From the NCBI GenBank assembly GCA_963662665.2, contig CAXXJS010000051.1, positions 19,222 through 83,221 on the forward strand: a stretch of DNA of 64,000 bases, in the 5' to 3' direction. Shown here in pieces: positions 1-9,388 of this stretch. The notes under the pieces are model-generated. The model was given only the letters and a program-made list of their open reading frames with translations. It was not told the origin of the DNA and did not search any database. The first letter of the stretch is position 1. The number at the start of each line of letters is the position of its first letter. The translations under genes and the position numbers were made by a program. The DNA comes from Candidatus Latescibacterota bacterium (lineage in GTDB: Bacteria > Latescibacterota > UBA2968 > GCA-2709665).

Positions 1-104
1 TAAAGGATCCCGCCATAACTTTCGGTGCGGATCCCGTCGGGCGTACAAATCGTATCCCGGTTGATTGATCCGACCACCGCGATACGGCGCGTGTTTCCGG
101 ACAT
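1..104 (-). CDS. PfkB/ribokinase-family carbohydrate kinase, N-terminus (runs off window)
   Basis: Manual translation from ATG 104: MSGNTRRIAVVGSINRDTICTPDGIRTESYGGIL. The IAVVGSINxD...GG pattern is typical of PfkB; GAGG RBS upstream. Confidence 0.7.
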   Translation of the reverse strand, partial: MSGNTRRIAVVGSINRDTICTPDGIRTESYGGIL

Positions 105-216
105 TGCCCACCTCAGCGGGGATAGTTTTTGAATCTACCACAAATCCCGGGAGGTGTCAACCCCGAATCCCCGCTCGATCACACCGCCCGGCACTGCCGT
201 CCGAACGCTGCCCCCG

Positions 217-2299
217 TCATCCCGCGTGCCCGGTCCGCTCGTCCAGGTTTACGGACTCGACGCTCCGGCGCAATGCCTTATGGCTTTCGAGTTCCGGATC
301 CCCGTCCAGAAGCCGGACCGCTTCCTCCCGGGCAGTGCCAACCAGGTCCACGTCCCGCGCAAGGTCGGCGAAACGAAACTCGGGATACCCTGCCTGCCGC
401 GTGCCGAAGATCTGTCCGGGCCCGCGGATTTTGAGATCCATCTCCGCTATTTCAAACCCGTCGCCGGTAGTGGTCATGGCGTCCAGCCTGGCGCGTGCTT
501 CGTGCGTTACTTCGCCTTCCGGGCCCGCAATCAGGATACAATACGAGCCGGCGGACCCGCGACCCACCCGGCCCCTGAGCTGGTGGAGTTGCGCCAGCCC
601 GAACCGTTCGGCGTGTTCAACCATCATCACCGTCGCGTTTGGGACGTCAACCCCGACTTCGATCACCGTTGTGGACACCAGGACATCCAGGGCGCCCGCC
701 CGAAACGCGGCCATCACCGCCTCCTTCTCCTCGTACGGAAGCCGGCCGTGCAGCAGCCCCATCCTCAGCCCCGACAAGATGCCGGCCCGCAACTCCTCGA
801 ATGACGCGGCCGCGGCCCTGAAATCTCCCTCGCCGGAGGCGTCGATCATTGGAAAGACAATATAGGCCTGTCCCCCTGCCGACACCTGTTCGCGCAGAAA
901 ACGATAGGCTCTCTCCCGGTCCGCCGGCGTCCGCCATCCGGTAATCACCGGTTGACGCCCCGGCGGCAGTTCGTCGAGCACGGTTACATCCAGGTCTCCA
1001 TACGAATGTAAGGGCCAGCGACCGTGGAATCGGCGTGGCCGTCATCACCAGCAGATGGGCGCCCGCCTCCTTCTCCAGCAGAGCGGCGCGTTGTAATACG
1101 CCGAATCGATGCTGCTCATCGACCACGGCGAGCCCCAGCCGTGCGAAAACCACGCCTTCCTGCATGAGCGCGTGGGTACCCGCGACGAGTTGGACGCGGC
1201 CGGAGGCCAGGCCGTCGAGCACCTCACGCCGCTCATGCTGAGCCTGACGTCCGGTCAGGCACGCGACCGTAAGCCCCAGCGGCGCCGTGAGTGCGTGGAT
1301 GGTTGCGGCATGCTGCTCAGCCAGAATCTCGGTGGGGGCCATCAGCGCCGCCTGGGTTCCGCCGTCCACGGCAGTCAGCATCGCCGCCGCGGCCACGATC
1401 GTCTTGCCCGAGCCAACGTCGCCCTGCAGCAGCCGGCGCATGGGCCTGCCGCGCGCGAGGTCACCGCTAATCTCCTTGAACGCCCGGCGCTGGGCCCCGG
1501 TTGGGTCGAAGGGCAAAGTCCCCATCAATCGCGAGGCCAGGGCGCCCGATAAGGGAAATACCGGCCCCGGCCTTTCGTTTCGGCCCGGCTGCAAGGCCCG
1601 CAGCCGCAGCTGAAAAAATAACAATTCATCAAACGCCAGCCTGCGTCGGGCTGCCTCAACGTCCCGAACGTCATCCGGAAAATGCAGCATTCTCACTGCC
1701 TCGCCGAGCGAGAGCACCCCGCACCGGGCCCTCATCCGGACCGGAAGGGGATCCACCAGGTCCACGTCTTCCAACGCCTGAAAGATGACGCGCCGCAGTC
1801 CGCGGCTCGTGAGGCGCTCGGCCTTCATACGCGACGTTGTCGAATAGACGGGAACCACGCGCCCCGTATGGAGACGGGTTCCATCCTCACGCTCCGAAAT
1901 CACCTCGACGTCCGGGTGAACCATCTGTCGCTTTCCCCCGAACCGGGTCACTTTTCCCCCGACGGCAAGGAGGTCGCCGGGCGTAAACGCCTGCCGGAGA
2001 TATCGGTTTCCTGAAAACCAGACGCATTCCAGCGTGCCCGATTCGTCTTCCAGCACCAGAACGAATCGGGGCCGCCGGCCCGGAACCGCGTTCCCCGCGC
2101 GGACCGTGGCGACGGCCGTGATTTCCGCACCAACCTGCAGGTCCGCGATGGGCGACTGCTGCGTGCGATCCACGTACCGGTACGGCAGGAAAAGCAGAAG
2201 ATCGGCCAGGGTCGAAATCCCGATCTCCCGGAGCAGACCCTCCCGTTTCGCGCCGATGCCGCGCACGGTACTTACTGAAACTTCCAGATCGGGTAACAT
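217..2299 (-). pseudogene. recG: ATP-dependent DNA helicase RecG, split by a single +1 frameshift at ~1003-1006 (true pseudogene or sequence error)
   Basis: ORF 647..2476 carries the wedge domain, LLQGDVGSGKT, DEQHRFG and MTATPIPRSLALT. ORF 217..981 carries STTVIEVGVDVPNA, QLRGRVGRG and RGPG. Removing one base restores ...LT-YGDLDVTVLDELPPGR. Confidence 0.9.
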
Positions 2300-2643
2300 C
2301 GACCGGCCTTTCGTGACGTCGGAGGATCGAACGGACGCACTGTGCCGCCCCTTTGACCCGCGTTTCGTTTTGCCGGCGGATGCGTTCACGATGACGGTCA
2401 CGGGGTGATTCCACGTAAACATCCAACGGGCGCAACGCGGGATACGGCCGTTCGTGCGAATATAGATAATCAGCAATACACCGTCAAGAACCCGCCCCGC
2501 GTTCCCGCGGATGGAGAGCGGGGAATAAAGGGCCGCATTTTCCTTGTTGCCGTTACGCCCGCGACCTATCTTTGGTGGCGTTGGCGCGAGAGACGAGATT
2601 TACCTGCGACGATTCGACGTGGCAACAGCGATGGAGGATGACT

Positions 2644-3345
2644 ATGGGGCCCGAATCGATTCACGATGCCGCTGGCAGTGGCGACCTGGAAACATTGAAG
2701 AAAACAGTCGAGGAACGGCCTTCGGCAGTCAACGAGGACGACCGGTACGGGTGGCGCCCGATATTTCACGCCGGTTTGCGCCGCCGCCTGGATGCGGTCC
2801 GGTATCTGATCGACCACGGCGCGGACCTGGCGGCACACGACGGCGACGCGATACACTACGCGGCGGAGGTCCCCGACAACAAAGAGGTCGTGTCGTTGCT
2901 TGTCGGGTACGGCGGTCTGGACGCACACACGAAACCCGCGAGCGACACCGCGCGCCAGTTCATCTACGCGGTATTTCTGGCCAACGCCGCCCGGGTTGAC
3001 ACCATGCTCCGCGCCAACCCGGTGTTGGCACGGGAGCGCTATGCGCGTGGGGACACCGCCCTGCATCACGCCGCCCGTAACGGCGACCTGGAGATCGTTA
3101 AGCGGCTCGTCGGCCACGGCGCCGACGTCAACGCCACCTCTGACAACGAACATTTCCCCCTGTACTGCGCCGCCGGACACGGCCACGCGGAGACGACGCG
3201 ATTTCTCCTGGAAGGCGGCGCGGATCCGAAAGCGACGATGGCGGATGGGAAAACGGTCACGGAATGGTTGAAGCAATACGCCGATCAGGACCGCCGAATG
3301 AGATCCTGCCTGGAAATCCTGGAGAAATGGATGTTGAAGTCGTAA
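2644..3345 (+). CDS. Ankyrin repeat protein
   Basis: Ankyrin motifs GDTALHHAARNGDLEIVKRLVGHGADVNA and PLYCAAGHGH; GGAGG RBS 6 nt before ATG 2644. Confidence 0.9.
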   Translation: MGPESIHDAAGSGDLETLKKTVEERPSAVNEDDRYGWRPIFHAGLRRRLDAVRYLIDHGADLAAHDGDAIHYAAEVPDNKEVVSLLVGYGGLDAHTKPASDTARQFIYAVFLANAARVDTMLRANPVLARERYARGDTALHHAARNGDLEIVKRLVGHGADVNATSDNEHFPLYCAAGHGHAETTRFLLEGGADPKATMADGKTVTEWLKQYADQDRRMRSCLEILEKWMLKS

Positions 3346-3481
3346 AGAATACGGCGGTTCGGGCGTCTGCAGCGCGTTAACACAGGGTCCTTCATACCTC
3401 AATCCGGATGCGAAATTGCGGACGCCACCACCCGCCCGCCCGGTGAAATCAACAGACCTTGAGGATGAGGAATAAATTCCC

Positions 3482-3512
3482 TTGACAACGCTTGCGGCAT
3501 TTCTTTTATTAG
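3482..3512 (+). promoter_or_regulatory. Putative sigma70 promoter
   Basis: TTGACA at 3482 followed ~17 nt later by an AT-rich TTTATTAG, within a locally AT-rich tract. Confidence 0.5.
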
Positions 3513-3559
3513 GATAACGTCTAGATATATTTACACTTTATTTTAAGTTTATACTCCCC

Positions 3560-3690
3560 CAGCACGCGTAAGCAGTCGCTACCCGGAAAGGTTCTTTATT
3601 GCGGCACGACGGCCTACGTTTCAGCGGAAGGTGCGGATTAGGCAAGCCATCCTGCCGATCGCCAAGCCATTCCGGGCGCGTGGGCTGAAC
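3560..3690 (+). ncRNA. Candidate structured leader or ncRNA (long imperfect hairpin)
   Basis: Nested complementarity CAGC-ACGCGT/GCGCGT-GG-GCTG, CCCGGAA/TTCCGGG and CGGCA/TGCCG, downstream of the putative promoter; no convincing ORF. Confidence 0.3.
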
Positions 3691-3798
3691 ATTGCAGGTC
3701 CTCACACCTTTACCGCTACACGTGGGTCTGGCGTCCAAGCGATACAAATTAGCGCGGTACACGTTTTATTACATCCTTAAGAACTGAAGTACCCCAAG

Positions 3799-3815
3799 CT
3801 GATCTGACAGATCAG
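3799..3815. promoter_or_regulatory. Perfect palindrome, candidate operator
   Basis: CTGATCTG-A-CAGATCAG. Confidence 0.45.
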
Positions 3816-3981
3816 GTAACAGCAGTTTGCATATGGCAACACGCTGAAATCTGAAGGTGGTTTTTTTGTGGGATGTTCGTGACGGGAGGCACACCAGACG
3901 CCCACGCCGTCCCGTCGGTAACCGTTGCGGCCACATTCTTCCACGGGCCGCGGCAAGTATCTAATTTTTAGGGAGGTAGAC

Positions 3982-4311
3982 ATGGCAGGTAGAGTTATCG
4001 TAGGTCTCATCGCCCTCGGTGCGATCATTGGGGGCCTGGCGGGCGACGCGATCCTTGGAGAGGGCATCCTGGCGCTCGTGCTGGTCATCCTGGGTCTCGC
4101 CTATGCGGGCGTTGCGATCGACGCTGAAGACGCAACGGCCTACCTCGTGCTTGCAGTTGCCGTCGGCGGCGCGGGAATGGCGAACGTACTTGGCAACATC
4201 CCGGGAATCGGCGAGAAGCTGGACATGATCGTCGATCTGGCCGGTGTTTCACTGAATGCAGGTGTGGTCACCGTGTTAGTGCAGAAGACGCTGAATCGCC
4301 TCAAGGGTTAG
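3982..4311 (+). CDS. Small Gly/Ala/Val-rich multi-pass membrane protein, unknown function
   Basis: Strong RBS AGGGAGGT before ATG 3982; about four hydrophobic segments. Confidence 0.8.
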   Translation: MAGRVIVGLIALGAIIGGLAGDAILGEGILALVLVILGLAYAGVAIDAEDATAYLVLAVAVGGAGMANVLGNIPGIGEKLDMIVDLAGVSLNAGVVTVLVQKTLNRLKG

Positions 4312-4368
4312 GCGCCTTCACGGAAAGAGTTATCTGTAACGCCAGGCACGACTCTCGTGATATACAAG

Positions 4369-4395
4369 GCTTCCGGCCACAGCCTGGCCGGAAGC
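4369..4395 (+). terminator. GC-rich hairpin after membrane protein gene
   Basis: GCTTCCGGCCA-CAGCC-TGGCCGGAAGC, 11-bp perfect stem, no clear U-tract. Confidence 0.45.
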
Positions 4396-4562
4396 GCGAA
4401 CGATATCTTCCGCGCCTCGGATTTCGACGTCCACCATCGAATAGCGGATGCCGCGACGTCAGCGTTGGAATGACAGTTTGCGAACGAGAGTGGGGAATTC
4501 TCTTTACACCGCGTCCGCTCTTACAATTACGGTCGGATTCTGACGATCCTGCGTAACACACG

Positions 4563-4698
4563 GGGGAAGACCCCTAGCTGCCAAAAAGCGGTAGTTGAAT
4601 GGCTTCTTAACAGGTCGCCGGGTTTATTGCCCTCAGTTCCGGCGACCTGTTCGTATATACAGGACCCCCGGGGAGGACGCCCGGGGGTCCTGTCGTAT
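4563..4698. ncRNA. Candidate multi-hairpin small RNA or structured element
   Basis: Consecutive hairpins GGGG-AAGA-CCCC, AGCTGCC/GGTAGTT, a 13-bp perfect stem (4609-4651) and a 14-bp perfect stem (4659-4693). Confidence 0.4.
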
Positions 4699-4927
4699 GC
4701 GCCACCGCCGTAGTGCAGGCCCCCCGGACTGCAACGGCGGGTTCCGGTACTCCAGGCAGTATCCGGACCTTTGGAATTTTCAGCCCATTCCAATCGAAAT
4801 GCGGGCTCTGTGTCTGCAGCCAGTGAGCCTCAGCCGACCATCGGTATCGACTCCCCTTCTATCGACGGTCCTCACAACTGCCGACGGTTGAACCGAAGTC
4901 CACCACACGCGCGCGGATACACGGACG

Positions 4928-7045
4928 ATGTCGCTCCCTAACCCTCTGCGAAATTCCATACTGGTACTGGTACTGGTTCTCACCGGATGCCAACCGGACG
5001 AAAAAGTGACGGTTTCCGGCGCCGTAGCGAAACCGGGATTGTACCGGTACGTTCCCGGAAAACCTGCGGCGGATTATCTGGAAGACGCCGGCGGCGCAAC
5101 CGGGGAAGCACTGTTGGACGAGGCCTACATGTCGCGGACGCGGACCGATACGTCCGGATCGGCGGAACCCGGAGACGTGGCGGTCCCGCTGTCGGAGAAT
5201 CCTGAGATATCGCCAGGTGATGAGATTCGGATTCCCGGACGCGTTTATGACGTGCGATTGGACACGGTTCGCCTCGTGGATGACGTCAGGCTGGTCGCCG
5301 GGAATCGAATCTATCGGATTCCCTCGGGCGCCCTCGTAACCGGAGGGACGGAGCGCGGCGTCCAGGCGGCGCTGATACTGGGACGGGGAAAGGTATTTGA
5401 AACGCCCGATACGGCGAAGGCGGTGTCGGCGTTTCACTATCTGTATATCCATCTGCATCCCGGACAATATCCGCGCCTGGCGCGGTTTACCCAAGAGATC
5501 GTGGACAGCCTGGAAGTGCTTGAAGACGCCCACGTGATCCACGGGCGGGCTGCAAACACACTGGAACATCGGCGCGGCGGAGGTCTGCAGCTTCCCCCCG
5601 ACGGGTATTGGCGGGTGATCGAAGGCTTTTTCCTGGCCCCGAGGAAGACATCGGGTCCCGCGAGAGGCATGCGCCGGCGGCGGTTCGAGGACGGACGCGT
5701 GTTGACGACCTTTCCGGACGGGCGGCGACGCTGGCAGCATCCCGACGGGCGCGTCAGCGTGGTGGCTCCGAGCGGCGCCACCGAGGACAGGTTTCCCGAT
5801 GGACGAATCGTGTTCACCGACCGGTGGAAAAACGTGCGCACCGCGTATCCCGACGGGCGGGTCAACGTGGCGTTTTCAAGCGGCGCCATGGAAGACCGGT
5901 TTCCCGACGGACGGATTGTCAGACATAACGTGGATGGCGACGTGGTTGAACGATTGCCTGACGGCAGGACCCGCCGGGTCGCTCAGGACGGGCGGCGTGT
6001 TTCCCGGCTGACCGACGGCTCCGTCATTCATTCCGGTCCCGCGGACAGTGTGGTCACCGGGGTGGAGAAACATGCCCGGGGGACGTCCCGCGAACCGGTC
6101 GCGTCGACCGGGGCCGGCGGTGGCCCGCCACGGCTCGACGAGGGAAGTCTGCGTATCATCCCGGCCAGTGAATATGCGACGATAAATGGCACGACCCGTG
6201 AGACGTTTCCCGATGGACGGTGGGTAGAGACCGATCACCGCGGCCGGAAAATCACCGTCTGGCCCGACGGGAGAAAGGAACTCCGGATGCCTGTCGGCTA
6301 CGGTTATCCGGGTCAGTTGAAAACGGGGCTTGCAACGGTCGACCGGCTTCCCGGGGGCGTCGCCGTCGGCGAAGAACTGACCGTGTCCGGGCAGGTCCAT
6401 GGCGAAGTGGAAGATATAAGTGTCATCGCGTTCCTTGTGCCCGATGGAGATGCGATCGAAGGCGACGTGCGCAGGGTAGAGCAGCGGTTTCACGCGCGGT
6501 TCCGGTTCGGCGAGGCGGGGCACTGTCGCGTTCAGGTTCAGATTGTATTGCCCAAAGCGCGCACGTATACGGTTTCCCACCAGTCCGTGATTGTGGGCAA
6601 CCCCGATGAACTGGAAGACGAAGTCCTTGAAATTGTTCCATATCCGGGGGACGATGCCGCGCAGTTGTTTCTGATCGATCGAATCAACGCGGCCCGGAAG
6701 CGAATTCGACGCCGTCCGGTATCTCCGCATCCCGAGTTGATGAACGTGGCCCGCATCCGGCTGGAAGAGATGCTTGCACAGGGTATCGTATCCCATTTTT
6801 CCATGGCGGGACTGGACGTTGGGTGGCATACGACCTACCGGCGGTTGCCCTTCCACCGCGTGAGCGAAAACGTGGCAAGAACGGATTTGGTCGAAACGAT
6901 GCATGCAGGCTGGATGCTGAGCGCGGGGCACCGTGCGAATATCCTGGCGAAGCACTGGACGCACGTGGGGGTGGCGGTTGCCGAAGCGGAGGAATCGGTC
7001 TGGGGCGTTCAGGTGTTCGGGCAGCGTTTCGAACGGAGCCCTTAG
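4928..7045 (+). CDS. Lipoprotein with SLBB domain, 9-residue xPDGR beta-hairpin repeats and C-terminal CAP/SCP domain
   Basis: Lipobox LTGC; SLBB motif VTVSGAVAKPGLY...AGG; repeated FPDGR/YPDGR; CAP motifs INAARKR, SH, ENVA, WMLSAGHRANIL, HVGVAV. Confidence 0.85.
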   Translation: MSLPNPLRNSILVLVLVLTGCQPDEKVTVSGAVAKPGLYRYVPGKPAADYLEDAGGATGEALLDEAYMSRTRTDTSGSAEPGDVAVPLSENPEISPGDEIRIPGRVYDVRLDTVRLVDDVRLVAGNRIYRIPSGALVTGGTERGVQAALILGRGKVFETPDTAKAVSAFHYLYIHLHPGQYPRLARFTQEIVDSLEVLEDAHVIHGRAANTLEHRRGGGLQLPPDGYWRVIEGFFLAPRKTSGPARGMRRRRFEDGRVLTTFPDGRRRWQHPDGRVSVVAPSGATEDRFPDGRIVFTDRWKNVRTAYPDGRVNVAFSSGAMEDRFPDGRIVRHNVDGDVVERLPDGRTRRVAQDGRRVSRLTDGSVIHSGPADSVVTGVEKHARGTSREPVASTGAGGGPPRLDEGSLRIIPASEYATINGTTRETFPDGRWVETDHRGRKITVWPDGRKELRMPVGYGYPGQLKTGLATVDRLPGGVAVGEELTVSGQVHGEVEDISVIAFLVPDGDAIEGDVRRVEQRFHARFRFGEAGHCRVQVQIVLPKARTYTVSHQSVIVGNPDELEDEVLEIVPYPGDDAAQLFLIDRINAARKRIRRRPVSPHPELMNVARIRLEEMLAQGIVSHFSMAGLDVGWHTTYRRLPFHRVSENVARTDLVETMHAGWMLSAGHRANILAKHWTHVGVAVAEAEESVWGVQVFGQRFERSP

Positions 7046-7117
7046 CAGCCCGTTGGAAAAGTCCATCCGGGCTGCGGCCGGCCTCGCCTGCAGAGCAACT
7101 TTATCAACGGACTGTTA
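7043..7117. mobile_element. MITE family 1, copy A (71-bp core with terminal inverted repeats, TA-flanked)
   Basis: Left GCAGCCCGTTGGAAAAGT and right ACTTTATCAACGGACTGT are imperfect inverted repeats. A second, inverted copy lies at 58238-58308. Confidence 0.8.
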
Positions 7118-7183
7118 ACGGCAAACGCCGTTGCCCTTCCCTGTGCCCGGAACACAGGGGAAAATAAAGTGGAAAGAAAACGC

Positions 7184-7210
7184 TTGACAAAACAGACATA
7201 CGTCTGTTTT
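7184..7210 (+). promoter_or_regulatory. -35 box and overlapping palindromic operator upstream of the imuA operon (candidate SOS box)
   Basis: TTGACA (7184-7189) overlaps AAAACAGAC-ATAC-GTCTGTTTT (7189-7210). Confidence 0.7.
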
Positions 7211-7275
7211 TTTGTTTGTGAACGTTCCTTCAGCAGAATGCAGAACCGTTTTCACTCCCGGAAAAGGTCATCGAA

Positions 7276-7941
7276 GTGCGGCGCGTATCGGGCAATATCA
7301 AACCAGAACGCTTTTCAGCCTTACAGGACAGCGGGTTACAGCGCCTCCGGGCCGATCTGAACAGGATCAGGGCCCGAACGAAAACGCCGCGCTGGTCGCT
7401 GGCGCAGTTGGCCGGGCGCCTCTGCGAACTCTCCTCCAATTCAGGAGCCGGTCTGCTCACGGCTGCCTTCCGGCTGGTGCTGGACGCGCAGATCGGGCAT
7501 GAGCCGGCGGCCTGGATCACGGCCACGCCGGATACCTTCTTCGCCCCCGATGCAGCCGAAAACGGCGTGGACCTGAACGCCGTCGTGGTCATCCACGTGC
7601 CCGATGCCCAGTCCGCGGCGCGTTCGGCGGACCGGCTCCTGAGGTCGGGCGCCTTTGGTCTGATCGTGATGGACCTGCACGCCGATCCCACAATTCCGTT
7701 TCCGCTTCAGGCGCGCCTGGCCCACCTGGCGCGCGCCCACGACACCGCCCTGCTCTGCCTGACCTCAAAAGCCGGAGAGACGCCTTCGCTGGGGCCGATG
7801 GTCTGTCTGCGAGGGCAATCCTCCTGCCAGCGCCTGGGGGTCGACCGCTTCCAATACAACATCGAGATTCTGAAGGACAGACGTCATGGACCGGGTTGGC
7901 GCCACACCGAAATCTGCCGCGGGCCGGACGGCCTGCATTAA
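7276..7941 (+). CDS. imuA: ImuA/RecA-like mutasome accessory protein
   Basis: RecA-like core (FFAPDAAENGVDL...ADRLLRSGAFGLIVMD) with no canonical Walker A; first gene of an imuB-dnaE2 operon. Confidence 0.75.
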   Translation: MRRVSGNIKPERFSALQDSGLQRLRADLNRIRARTKTPRWSLAQLAGRLCELSSNSGAGLLTAAFRLVLDAQIGHEPAAWITATPDTFFAPDAAENGVDLNAVVVIHVPDAQSAARSADRLLRSGAFGLIVMDLHADPTIPFPLQARLAHLARAHDTALLCLTSKAGETPSLGPMVCLRGQSSCQRLGVDRFQYNIEILKDRRHGPGWRHTEICRGPDGLH

Positions 7942-9388
7942 TATCCGGGAGTTGCCGCTGCAACTCCTGCTGAGAAGGCACCCGGAGTGGCAGCGGAGAC
8001 CGGTCGCGGTGGTGGAAAAAGAGAATCCCCAGAGCCCCATCCTCTGGACGAACTCAGCGGCCGGCCGGGCCGGCATCCGCACGGGAATGCGATATGCCTC
8101 CGCCCTCTCACTGGACCGGAACCTGTGCGCGGGAACGGTTTCCGAGAGGGAAACCCAGGCCGCGGTGAGGCAGGTCCACCGGCTTCTGGACCGTTTCAGC
8201 CCCCGGATCGAGCCCTGCGACGACGAACCCGGGATTTTCTGGGTCGATGCCAGCGGACTGGACAAGCTCCATACCTCTCTCGAAGACTGGGCCGGACAGA
8301 TCGACTCCCATCTCTCCCGGCTGGCGCTGAAGGCCAGTATCGTCGTCGGCTTCAGCCGTTTCGGCAGCTATGCCATCGCCAAATCGGCAAGCCGGGTGAC
8401 CGTGTTCCCTTCTCTCGAGGTCGAGGAGGCGGAAAGCCGCATGGTGCGTCTGCTGCATCTGCAAATCGACCCGAAGCTGCGCGACCGGCTCGAAAAACTG
8501 GCCGTTCGTACCGTGAGCGACTTCCTGGCGCTTCCCGCGGGGGGCATCGCGCAGCACCTCGGCGAGCAGGCCTGGCGCCTTTATCGTTTTGCGTCGGGAA
8601 CGCTGTCGCTGCCAATTCAATCCCGAAAGATCCCCGAGCCCCTCCGCGTCCGGATGGACCTGGATGAGCCCGAATCCAATGCCCAGAGACTCCTTTTCTG
8701 GATCCGGGGGCGGCTGGATCCCCTGTTGCGGGCGACGGCGGCAAGGTGTCAGGCAGTGGCGGCCCTGCATCTGCAACTGCTGCTGGAAGACGGAGACCGG
8801 CATTGTCAGCGCATCCAGCCGGCAAGGCCGACTCTGGAAGCGCCGGTCTTGCTGGACCTGCTCCGTTTGCACCTGGAAACGGTCTCTTTCCGCACTCCCC
8901 CGGTGGAATTGGCCCTCGAGGCGGAGGGCGTGACCGTCTCCGCCGAAACACTGAACCTGCTGCAGCGGAATCCACGCCGCAATATTGAGGCGGCCCTGGA
9001 TGCCCTGGCCCGGGTTCGCGCCGAGTTCGGCCCCGATTCCGTGCTGTCGGTCCGGCTCAAACCGGGGCACCTGCCGGAAGCCCGTTTCGAGTGGCAGCCC
9101 TTCAGGAAGCTTGCCGCAGCCAGTCCCCAACCGGTCCCCATGCGCCCCCTGGTGCGGCGCGTCCACGCCTGCCCCGAACACCTGGAAGGGGCTTCCCTTT
9201 ACCATGTGAAAAACCGGAAGCCGGCGCCGGGGGCGGAGCGCCCGCCGGGACACGCGATCAGTGGAGAATGGTGGCGCCGGGAAATCCGGAGAGACTACCG
9301 GTTCATCAAGACCCATCGGGGAGAACGTCTCTGGATCTACTACGACCAGCAAATGCATCGCTGGTACGCCCAGGGTCGCGTCGAATGA
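7886..9388 (+). CDS. imuB: ImuB, inactive Y-family polymerase-like protein
   Basis: Y-family fold motifs ([27 protein letters not shown]) and the ImuB C-terminal GEWW...RDY...WIYYD...WY.QG motif. Confidence 0.9.
   Translation: MDRVGATPKSAAGRTACINIRELPLQLLLRRHPEWQRRPVAVVEKENPQSPILWTNSAAGRAGIRTGMRYASALSLDRNLCAGTVSERETQAAVRQVHRLLDRFSPRIEPCDDEPGIFWVDASGLDKLHTSLEDWAGQIDSHLSRLALKASIVVGFSRFGSYAIAKSASRVTVFPSLEVEEAESRMVRLLHLQIDPKLRDRLEKLAVRTVSDFLALPAGGIAQHLGEQAWRLYRFASGTLSLPIQSRKIPEPLRVRMDLDEPESNAQRLLFWIRGRLDPLLRATAARCQAVAALHLQLLLEDGDRHCQRIQPARPTLEAPVLLDLLRLHLETVSFRTPPVELALEAEGVTVSAETLNLLQRNPRRNIEAALDALARVRAEFGPDSVLSVRLKPGHLPEARFEWQPFRKLAAASPQPVPMRPLVRRVHACPEHLEGASLYHVKNRKPAPGAERPPGHAISGEWWRREIRRDYRFIKTHRGERLWIYYDQQMHRWYAQGRVE

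Noticed and set aside
995-1010. Programmed +1 frameshifting in recG
   Set aside because: No slippery heptamer, stop-codon pause or internal SD at the site, and I know of no precedent for recG.
3560-3690. Identification of the long hairpin as 6S RNA, SRP RNA or RNase P RNA
   Set aside because: No two-sided central bubble and no SRP or RNase P signature sequences visible; kept only as an unnamed candidate.
5680-6290. Periodic CCCGACGG repeats resembling a CRISPR array or DGR repeats
   Set aside because: They are codon-level repeats of the PDGR peptide. There is no constant repeat-spacer structure, no cas gene and no reverse transcriptase in the window.
9091-9384. 98-aa N-terminal extension of DnaE2 in the ORF track
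   Set aside because: It overlaps the imuB coding region; the ATG at 9385 coupled to the imuB stop matches the family N-terminus.
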